Position numbers and translations under genes: made by a program. Of a DNA stretch of 63,118 nucleotides, positions 54,264 through 60,500 are shown piece after piece. Source of the stretch: Candidatus Woesearchaeota archaeon (lineage in GTDB: Archaea > Nanobdellota > Nanobdellia > Woesearchaeales > UBA9642); NCBI GenBank assembly GCA_016928115.1, contig JAFGLI010000014.1:1-63118 (forward strand), in the 5' to 3' direction. How positions within the stretch are numbered: the stretch's first letter is position 1; every line of letters begins with the position of its first letter. A model generated the notes under the pieces. The model did not search any database, was not told the origin of the DNA, and worked only from the letters and a program-made list of their open reading frames with translations.

Positions 54264-55853
54264 ATGGTAAAAAATACTATTCTGGATGCAACTATTAATC
54301 CATTAGCTAAGGGTATATTAAAATTAAGTCTTAAATTACCAGACAATCAAAGAAATAAATTATGGGAAAAAACCCTTGATTGGATAGACAGAAAAATCTA
54401 CCACTCAATCATAATAGAGAATTATAATCAGAAGCCCCTTGTAAACAGGTTCTATCAATATAAGATGGGCTCTAACCTTCTGGGAAGTGTAAAAAAAAGA
54501 ATCAAAGAAGACAAATTCAGCAAAGAAGCCCTTGATGGTATGATAAATGTATTCCTCAGCTCTATATTTTTCAGAAGCAGAGGAGCAAAAGAATTTGAAA
54601 GAAAAAACAGATACAAGCCTCCGAAATTTATGACTATTTCTCCATTGGGGGGGTGTAATCTGCAATGTGTGGGATGTTATGCAAATGCAATATCAGGAAA
54701 TCCAGAACTTGAGAAAGAAAATACAATTGATTATAATACATTAGACGAAATAGTAAGCAGGGGTGAGGAAGAACTGGGCATGGCTTTTTTTGTAATCAGC
54801 GGAGGAGAGCCGACTTATTATAAAAGCCAGGGCAAAGAAATATATGACCTTTTTAGAAATCATCCCAATTCATATTTCTTAATGTATACGAACGGGACTT
54901 TACTGGCTAAAGAAGAGAATGCAGACAAGCTGGCTTCTTTAGGAAATGCCACTCCTGCATTCAGTGTGGAAGGATTTAAAGAAGAAACTGAAGCAAGAAG
55001 AGGTAAAAATGTTTATAAAAGTATTATTAAAGGAATGGATAATATAAGGGAAAGAAAAATACCTTTTGGAATAAGTTTCACAGCAACAAGGCAAAATGTA
55101 AATATACTCTCAGACCCCGACAAAAGAAAAAGGTTCGTGGATTTTTATTTCAATGAAAAAGAAGCAGATTATCTATGGGCATTCCACTATATGCCTATAG
55201 GAAAAGATGTTGACTTTAACCTTACTTTAACACCAAAACAGAGAACACATTTAATCGATGATGTCCAACATCTGATATTTAAATATAATATATTTGCAGC
55301 TGATTTCTGGAATGCTGCAGTAACAAGCGACGGCTGCATTTCCGGAGGAAGAGGAATGGGGTATGATTTTGTAGATTATGACGGCACACCCTATCCATGT
55401 GTTTTCAATCCTTATTATGATAAAGAATATTCAGATATAAGAGAGATTTTTAAAAGAGGGGAAAGTCTGGTGGACATATTAAACTCACCTTTATATGTAG
55501 GAATAAGAAAATGGATTGATGAATACAGCTATAATCAGCCTCCTGAAAAATCAGGCAACTTATGGATGCCCTGCATGATCAGGGACCATTATAAAGAGCT
55601 TATGAAAATAATTGATAAAGTAAATGAAAATTATAAAGGAGAAGGTCCCAGGGTTACAGTAAGGCCTAAAAATGGCGCTTTATTAGAAGAAAGCTATTGC
55701 CCGAATATATGCAGAATAGCTGAAGAAACAGAAAAATTAACAGGCCCATTATGGAAAAAATACCAGAACACAGAATTAGTGGTTAAGCGTTTTTTAGAAT
55801 ACATGCCGGAAAGAATGAAAGAAGATTATGATAATGGATTAATTACCCAATAG
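54264..55853 (+). CDS. Radical SAM protein with a SPASM/twitch-like C-terminal region, substrate unknown
   Basis: GGCNLQCVGCYA (CX3CX2C), SGGEPT, and CISGGRGMGYDFVDYDGTPYPC. The ORF-track start 54258 is a GTG. ATG 54264 follows the GAGGTG Shine-Dalgarno. Confidence 0.7.
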   Translation: MVKNTILDATINPLAKGILKLSLKLPDNQRNKLWEKTLDWIDRKIYHSIIIENYNQKPLVNRFYQYKMGSNLLGSVKKRIKEDKFSKEALDGMINVFLSSIFFRSRGAKEFERKNRYKPPKFMTISPLGGCNLQCVGCYANAISGNPELEKENTIDYNTLDEIVSRGEEELGMAFFVISGGEPTYYKSQGKEIYDLFRNHPNSYFLMYTNGTLLAKEENADKLASLGNATPAFSVEGFKEETEARRGKNVYKSIIKGMDNIRERKIPFGISFTATRQNVNILSDPDKRKRFVDFYFNEKEADYLWAFHYMPIGKDVDFNLTLTPKQRTHLIDDVQHLIFKYNIFAADFWNAAVTSDGCISGGRGMGYDFVDYDGTPYPCVFNPYYDKEYSDIREIFKRGESLVDILNSPLYVGIRKWIDEYSYNQPPEKSGNLWMPCMIRDHYKELMKIIDKVNENYKGEGPRVTVRPKNGALLEESYCPNICRIAEETEKLTGPLWKKYQNTELVVKRFLEYMPERMKEDYDNGLITQ

Positions 55854-56121
55854 CCCTTCTTACATCTGTAACTTCAACACTTTTTATTCCTTCTATTCTA
55901 GAAATCTTTTCCTCTAAAGCATCTGTGGTTCCTTTTTGTTCATCCATGACAAACATCACTATTAATGATTTCAGGCCGAAAGCCATTGGTTTCATTTCTG
56001 TTTTCATCTCCTCGTTTCCTGTAAACTCTTTTATATCAGTCTTTATTTCCTCTGTTAAAGAATCCAAATCAACATCCGGACTTTCAGGCATAATGCTGAA
56101 AGTAATTATTACATTTGCCAT
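55843..56121 (-). CDS. ef1b: Elongation factor 1-beta (aEF-1beta)
   Basis: VIITFSIMPESPDVDLDSL...MAFGLKSL...VEVTDVRRAIG is the family signature. Confidence 0.88.
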   Translation of the reverse strand: MANVIITFSIMPESPDVDLDSLTEEIKTDIKEFTGNEEMKTEMKPMAFGLKSLIVMFVMDEQKGTTDALEEKISRIEGIKSVEVTDVRRAIG

Positions 56122-56132
56122 TTTATATCACT

Positions 56133-56312
56133 TTAATTAGGCCCTTCAAAACCGCATTTAGGACATACATATTTAGTACTGGTCTTTCTGCATTGAGAAC
56201 ATCTGATTATCTCATACTCTCCACAACCCGGACAGGGGAATCTTACAGAGCCATTGTCATTAGTTATTCTTTTCTTGCATGAAATACAAACTGGTTTTTC
56301 TTTTTCAGCCAT
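56133..56312 (-). CDS. Zn-ribbon protein (COG2888-type, usually found next to aEF-1beta)
   Basis: Hand-translated 59-aa ORF missing from the track: MAEKEKPVCISCKKRITNDNGSVRFPCPGCGEYEIIRCSQCRKTSTKYVCPKCGFEGPN. It contains four CxxC pairs. Confidence 0.75.
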   Translation of the reverse strand: MAEKEKPVCISCKKRITNDNGSVRFPCPGCGEYEIIRCSQCRKTSTKYVCPKCGFEGPN

Positions 56313-56346
56313 TTTAAACCCAAAGAATTAGGAGGTATTTAAAAAG

Positions 56347-56464
56347 GTTATGGAATTTGGATGCCAAATTCCAAACTTAGAAAAACAAGGTGTTTTTCGT
56401 AAGTTACGGAAATTTGCGGAATAAATTTCCAAACTTAGGAATTCTTTGAATTCCGTAAGTTACG
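56347..56464. repeat. Hairpin-array intergenic element, copy B (4 hairpins)
   Basis: GGTTATG-GAATTTGG-atg-CCAAATTC-CAAACTTAG-AAAAAC-aaggt-GTTTTT-CGTAAGTTACG-GAAATTT-gcggaat-AAATTTC-CAAACTTAG-GAATTC-ttt-GAATTC-CGTAAGTTACG. Confidence 0.75.
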
Positions 56465-56482
56465 TTTGGATATTCTGGATAT

Positions 56483-56878
56483 TTATTTTTTAGAAGGTCT
56501 ATGCATCTTATCTATATTCCTGAAAGTTTTTACTAAATCAACAACGTATTTTCCCTCATCAAGCTTATAAATAAGGGGCTGTTCCCCGAACAGGCTGACT
56601 ATATCTATTTCATATTTTCCGGGCTTCAGTATATTTATTGATTCTATATCAAGGACAACAGGCTTTTCCCTGTCTATTTTATCCCCTATGAGGTCGTATA
56701 CATCCTCTTCAATCTGCTCTTTCTCTTTCTTGGTTAACTTGTAGACTTCCTCTTTCTTTTTTTCAAGATTCTCTTTTTTTATGTAGAAAAAAACCTTGCT
56801 GCCGCAGCTACATCCTTTTAACAATTCCTCTGAAGCATCTTCATAAATCTCCCCGCAACGAACGCACTGGTGTGGCAT
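56483..56878 (-). CDS. Zn-ribbon protein (DUF2072-type)
   Basis: MPHQCVRCGEIYED...GCSCGSKVFFYIKK N-terminal ribbon. Third gene of the conserved archaeal GTPase operon. Confidence 0.6.
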   Translation of the reverse strand: MPHQCVRCGEIYEDASEELLKGCSCGSKVFFYIKKENLEKKKEEVYKLTKKEKEQIEEDVYDLIGDKIDREKPVVLDIESINILKPGKYEIDIVSLFGEQPLIYKLDEGKYVVDLVKTFRNIDKMHRPSKK

Positions 56879-56912
56879 TTTTTAACTCCATGATGTTTTT
56901 AATTAATAGTTA

Positions 56913-57290
56913 TTATTTTGTCAATAACTGTATATTATTAGGGTCTTTTTTTATCTCTTTTATTATGGAAGCAGGCCCTATAATAGTCAATCCTTTTCTT
57001 GAGCCAAGAAGAACATTTACCAGAAAATGCCTGATTTTTTTAATCCAGTCTTCATCCCTGTCTGTAAAAGCCCATTCATCTATCTCAACACCCCTGAATT
57101 TCTTATTTATTTCCTCCATTGTCTTTGCTATCAGTTCACTTTTCTCATCTGATTTTAATCTTCCCTCAAGCAGTATTATCTTCTCCTCCTTAACAATCTC
57201 AAGAAGTTTTCTTATTCTTTCCTTGCTTGATAATTTTGCTATTTCCTCATAAGGCACGAACTGTATGGTCAAACCTTTCTTTTTTATCAT
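56913..57290 (-). CDS. DUF2073-type protein
   Basis: LTIQFVPYEEIAKLSSKERIRKLLEIVKEEKIILLEGRL pattern. Sits between the GTPase and the Zn-ribbon genes. Confidence 0.55.
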   Translation of the reverse strand: MIKKKGLTIQFVPYEEIAKLSSKERIRKLLEIVKEEKIILLEGRLKSDEKSELIAKTMEEINKKFRGVEIDEWAFTDRDEDWIKKIRHFLVNVLLGSRKGLTIIGPASIIKEIKKDPNNIQLLTK

Positions 57291-57291
57291 T

Positions 57292-57927
57292 TTATCTTGT
57301 AATCTTGAATAACTCCTTATAAAACTGGTCTATATTTTTCCCGAATTTAGCACTTATGCCAAGAACTTTATACTGTGGAAAAGCATCCTGAACCTTGTCT
57401 AAATCAGAACTTTTCAAATCCACTTTATTGCCTACAACCAAGACAGGAATCTTTCTTGCCTGGAGATTTCCGATAATAGTTATATTAACCTGGCTGTAAG
57501 GCTCTTTTGTGGAATCAAGAACAACGACAACAGCATCCATATTGTCAAGCCATTTTATGGAATCAATAACCCCTTTTGTTGCTTCTTTTGCCCTTTTTTT
57601 TGCTTCTTTTTCTTTCATTCCGACTTTTAAGAAGTCTTCGTAATCTATTTTTGTTGCTATTCCAGGAGTATCAACCAAGTTAAATGTAAGCTTTCTCCCC
57701 CGGTCATTTGTTATTGTAATCTGCTCTTTAATCTGGATCTCCCTTGTTTCATGTGAAATATTGGAAACTGTGCCCATTTCCTCGCCAAGCCAGTCTTCAC
57801 ATATCTTATTGGCTAATGTGGTTTTTCCACTATTCGGAGGACCATACAAACCAAGTTTTATCTGCTTTTTTTTCTTAAACAACCTGTTTAAAAACCTTTG
57901 CAAAAAGTTTGAAAATATGTTTACCAT
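57292..57927 (-). CDS. Small GTP-binding protein
   Basis: G1 GPPNSGKTT, G3 DTPG, G4 NKVD. The ORF-track start 57981 is a TTG inside the repeat. ATG 57927 lies 25 nt after TTTATAAA. Confidence 0.8.
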   Translation of the reverse strand: MVNIFSNFLQRFLNRLFKKKKQIKLGLYGPPNSGKTTLANKICEDWLGEEMGTVSNISHETREIQIKEQITITNDRGRKLTFNLVDTPGIATKIDYEDFLKVGMKEKEAKKRAKEATKGVIDSIKWLDNMDAVVVVLDSTKEPYSQVNITIIGNLQARKIPVLVVGNKVDLKSSDLDKVQDAFPQYKVLGISAKFGKNIDQFYKELFKITR

Positions 57928-57951
57928 TGTTAAAAATTGTGGAGGTTTTTG

Positions 57952-57959
57952 TTTATAAA
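57952..57959 (-). promoter_or_regulatory. TATA box for the GTPase operon
   Basis: Palindromic TTTATAAA 25 nt upstream of ATG 57927, abutting repeat copy C. Confidence 0.5.
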
Positions 57960-58047
57960 GGTTACGGAATTTTGCCCGCAAAATTTCGAACTTAAAAAAT
58001 CTCTGATTTTTGTAAGTTACGGAATTCCAAAGGAATTCCTAACTTAG
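57960..58047. repeat. Hairpin-array intergenic element, copy C (3 hairpins)
   Basis: GGTTACG-GAATTTTG-cccg-CAAAATTTC-GAACTTAA-AAAATC-tct-GATTTT-TGTAAGTTACG-GAATTCC-aaa-GGAATTC-CTAACTTAG. Confidence 0.75.
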
Positions 58048-58051
58048 AAAA

Positions 58052-58570
58052 TTATTCACATTTACAATTTATACAGGATTCAGAAAAATCACAATCTGAA
58101 TCATCCTCACAGCCCTCATAGAAACCATTAAAATTAGGATTCTGTATTATACCATCACCACACAGACTACTATGGTTTACTATCTTAATTTTTTTAGTTG
58201 CATCTTTTATAATAAGGTTCTTTCCTCTCCCGATTGTACCATTTACACTCTGGTCAAGAAAATCAACATATTCCTCATTCTTATACCACAACACAATCTC
58301 AGAGTCATCAACAATTGTTATATTATAATCAACATTATCTATTGTCAGGGGCAGTGTAAAATATCTTTGATAGCCTATGCTGACTGAGTCTGCAAGCATT
58401 ATTTCATTCTGGACAAAATCCAGTAACTCCCCGGCCCTTCTCTGTGCCTTCTCCCTTTCAATCTCATTTATCTTATTGCCTACAACAGTAAACATGCCTA
58501 TGAAAATAAACAACATAAAACTTGCCAGAAGAACAAATTCAGTGGCTGCCTGTGCTTTTTTTGAAAACAT
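58052..58570 (-). CDS. Pilin-like protein (class III signal peptide) with a Cys-rich C-terminal module
   Basis: MFSKKAQAATEFVLLASFMLFIFIGMF N-terminus. C-terminal CGDGIIQNPNFNGFYEGCEDDSDCDFSESCINCKCE. Confidence 0.65.
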   Translation of the reverse strand: MFSKKAQAATEFVLLASFMLFIFIGMFTVVGNKINEIEREKAQRRAGELLDFVQNEIMLADSVSIGYQRYFTLPLTIDNVDYNITIVDDSEIVLWYKNEEYVDFLDQSVNGTIGRGKNLIIKDATKKIKIVNHSSLCGDGIIQNPNFNGFYEGCEDDSDCDFSESCINCKCE

Positions 58571-58571
58571 T

Positions 58572-59042
58572 TTATATCAGCTGTATAACCAAATAGTCCC
58601 CCCTTGATTCTATCTTTACCTTAATCAATCCCGTATGAAAATCATCTGAGATATTATATAAAACAACTCCTGAGTCCGTAAAATTATAGGGTGTAGTTAT
58701 ATTTAAATCTGTAAAAAAGACTGTTTCTTCTACGCCCTGCTGAGTTTTATAAGCAACAACCATTTCCTCTTTCGGTATAAAGTATATATTATTTACTATA
58801 TCAGGTATATTCGCCTCCAGCTGGACCCATGACCCTTCCCCTAAACTATACATTGCTTCTGCCCTGTCAAGTATCTTATTTCCTACAACATTAATCTGGC
58901 TTTCCATGACTTCAATGTTTGAAGTCTGGGAATAATTATAAAACAATATTGCAGCAGGAAATATTATCGCAAAAGCAACACCAACTATTGTAAGATACTC
59001 TACTGCTGCCTGGCTTTTCCTTCTAAGTTTAAGAAATTTCAT
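58572..59042 (-). CDS. Pilin-like protein (class III signal peptide)
   Basis: RRKSQAAVEYLTIVGVAFAIIFPAAILF N-terminus. AGAGGT Shine-Dalgarno upstream. Stop lies 1 nt before the next pilin start. Confidence 0.65.
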   Translation of the reverse strand: MKFLKLRRKSQAAVEYLTIVGVAFAIIFPAAILFYNYSQTSNIEVMESQINVVGNKILDRAEAMYSLGEGSWVQLEANIPDIVNNIYFIPKEEMVVAYKTQQGVEETVFFTDLNITTPYNFTDSGVVLYNISDDFHTGLIKVKIESRGDYLVIQLI

Positions 59043-59111
59043 ACAAACCTCTTTTTTATTTTTATATTTATTAATCTATTGTTGAAAGTTTATAAAAATT
59101 TCTATTTAAAA

Positions 59112-59183
59112 TGCTCCTGCCGGGAATCAAACCCGGACCTGGTCCTCCGCAGGGACCTATTCTATTCACTATACTACAGGAGC
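59112..59183 (-). tRNA. tRNA-Arg(GCG)
   Basis: Acceptor GCUCCUG/CAGGAGC, anticodon stem GGUCC/GGACC with loop CUGCGGA, T arm CCGGG-UUUGAUU-CCCGG. The D stem is weak. Confidence 0.8.
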
Positions 59184-59220
59184 CTTTTTTGTTTTTATCT
59201 TTTCCATTTTAAGAAAAACA

Positions 59221-59325
59221 CGCTCCGTTCGGGATTCGAACCCGAGTCTCCGGCTGTTTTCGATGAAAATATAATATTTCCACCACGAAAAGCCGGAATG
59301 ATTGACCGGACTACACCAACGGAGC
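59221..59325 (-). tRNA. tRNA-Glu(UUC) with a ~30-nt canonical intron
   Basis: GCUCCGU/ACGGAGC acceptor, D arm GUGUAGUCCGGUCAAUCAU typical of Glu, anticodon stem CCGGC/GCCGG, and loop UUUUCG + intron (about 59256-59285) + A. Confidence 0.85.
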
Positions 59326-59350
59326 TTTTTATGAGAGGAAAAATAGTCTC

Positions 59351-59359
59351 TTTATATAA
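59351..59359 (-). promoter_or_regulatory. TATA box for tRNA-Glu
   Basis: The minus strand reads AAGTTATATAAAG, centred ~30 nt upstream of the tRNA-Glu 5' end. Confidence 0.5.
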
Positions 59360-59471
59360 CTTTCTATAGGGAATGGACCTGTGGATAAAAGAAAACCTCA
59401 CGGTTTTCTGAACTTTTAGTTTATTTCACTAAGCTCAATGAAACTAAAATGATTTGAACCTTTTTATGAAA

Positions 59472-59573
59472 TGGGCCCGTGGGGATTTGAACCCCAGACC
59501 TCCGGCTTTCCAAAGCCGTGAATGGAACATGGCCATATAAGACCGGCGCTCCACCAAACTAAGCTACGGGCCC
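59472..59573 (-). tRNA. tRNA-Ile(UAU) with a ~28-nt canonical intron
   Basis: GGGCCCG/CGGGCCC acceptor, D arm GCUU...GAGC, anticodon stem CCGGU/GCCGG, and loop CUUAUA + intron (about 59508-59535) + A. The anticodon reads ata on the plus strand at 59537-59539. Confidence 0.75.
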
Positions 59574-59605
59574 TTTTTTATCCGACAAAGTCGGACTTTT
59601 GATAG

Positions 59606-59678
59606 TGGGCTTGGCCGGAATCGAACCGGCGATAGCCTCCACGTCAAGGAGGAATCATAGCCGCTAGATCACAAGCCC
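59606..59678 (-). tRNA. tRNA-Val(GAC)
   Basis: Identical to tRNA-Val(UAC) at every position outside the 7-nt anticodon loop (UUGACGU versus CUUACAC). Confidence 0.9.
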
Positions 59679-59891
59679 AGATGTTTTTAGACATTCAACT
59701 CTGTTGAAGTCCTTTTACTCTAAATATGATTGTTTTCTTTAAAAATCTAATTATTTATATGCTTTTTGGTTTGAATCTATTGAAAAACAAAAAGCTACGA
59801 ATGGAACTATATTTGTGGAATGACTATGTTTTTTGTTTTGAATATAACAAAATATTTATAAATTGTTTCTTTCTCTTAAAAAATAATATAA

Positions 59892-59962
59892 GCGATAGTA
59901 GTCTAATGGTAGGACACTACCCTGCCACGGTGGTAATCCGGGTTCGAATCCCGGCTGTCGCA
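59892..59962 (+). tRNA. tRNA-Gly(GCC)
   Basis: Acceptor GCGAUAG/CUGUCGC, anticodon stem CUACC/GGUGG with loop CUGCCAC, T arm CCGGG-UUCGAAU-CCCGG. TTTATAAAT lies 29 nt upstream. Confidence 0.9.
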
Positions 59963-59982
59963 TAAACCTTTTAAAATAAAAA

Positions 59983-60459
59983 ATGCTGAAAAAATTACAA
60001 TATAAAATAAAACCGAACCTCAAAAGAATAATTATGCCCAAGATAATTCTACTTATTTTTTTAGGAATACTTTTTTATATTGGAATATGGGTTAATTTTT
60101 ATCTTCTTGACAAAAAAATTCCTGTTTATATAAACATAATGTTAGTGATATTAGTTATTCTTCTCTTAATTATGGATTTTATATTAAGCTACATAAAATA
60201 CTCGACATATGAATACAGGTTTTACAATAATATCATTGAAATAGATTTAAACAGAAAAGACACCAGAACAGTTGAATATAAGAATATAAAAAATGTTAAT
60301 TATGAAAAAAACCTCTGGGATAAAATCTTAAATACAGGAAGTTTAACAATAAACCTGAAAAACAACAAAAAACAAAAAATATCTTTTATAGACCATTCAA
60401 AGAATTATTATATGTATCTGAAAAAGATTATCGAACTCAACAAAACAGAAAGGATATAA
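59983..60459 (+). CDS. Membrane protein with a bacterial PH-like (YdbS/bPH_2) domain
   Basis: Two TM helices followed by YEYRFYNNIIEIDLN...RTVEYKNIKNVNYEKNLWDKILNTGSLTI. Confidence 0.5.
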   Translation: MLKKLQYKIKPNLKRIIMPKIILLIFLGILFYIGIWVNFYLLDKKIPVYINIMLVILVILLLIMDFILSYIKYSTYEYRFYNNIIEIDLNRKDTRTVEYKNIKNVNYEKNLWDKILNTGSLTINLKNNKKQKISFIDHSKNYYMYLKKIIELNKTERI

Positions 60460-60500
60460 TATTGCCTTTTTCTTATATTATTTTCTTATATTATTTACGA

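Noticed and set aside
56347-56464. Possible CRISPR array (regularly spaced repeats)
   Set aside because: The conserved units are only 7-11 nt and alternate in orientation. The ~20-nt 'spacers' are each self-complementary, and the arrays have only 2-4 units. None of this fits CRISPR repeat-spacer architecture, and no cas genes are present.
59079-60041. ORFs of 61-96 aa across the tRNA cluster
   Set aside because: Each overlaps one or more well-folded tRNA genes, so they are chance ORFs.
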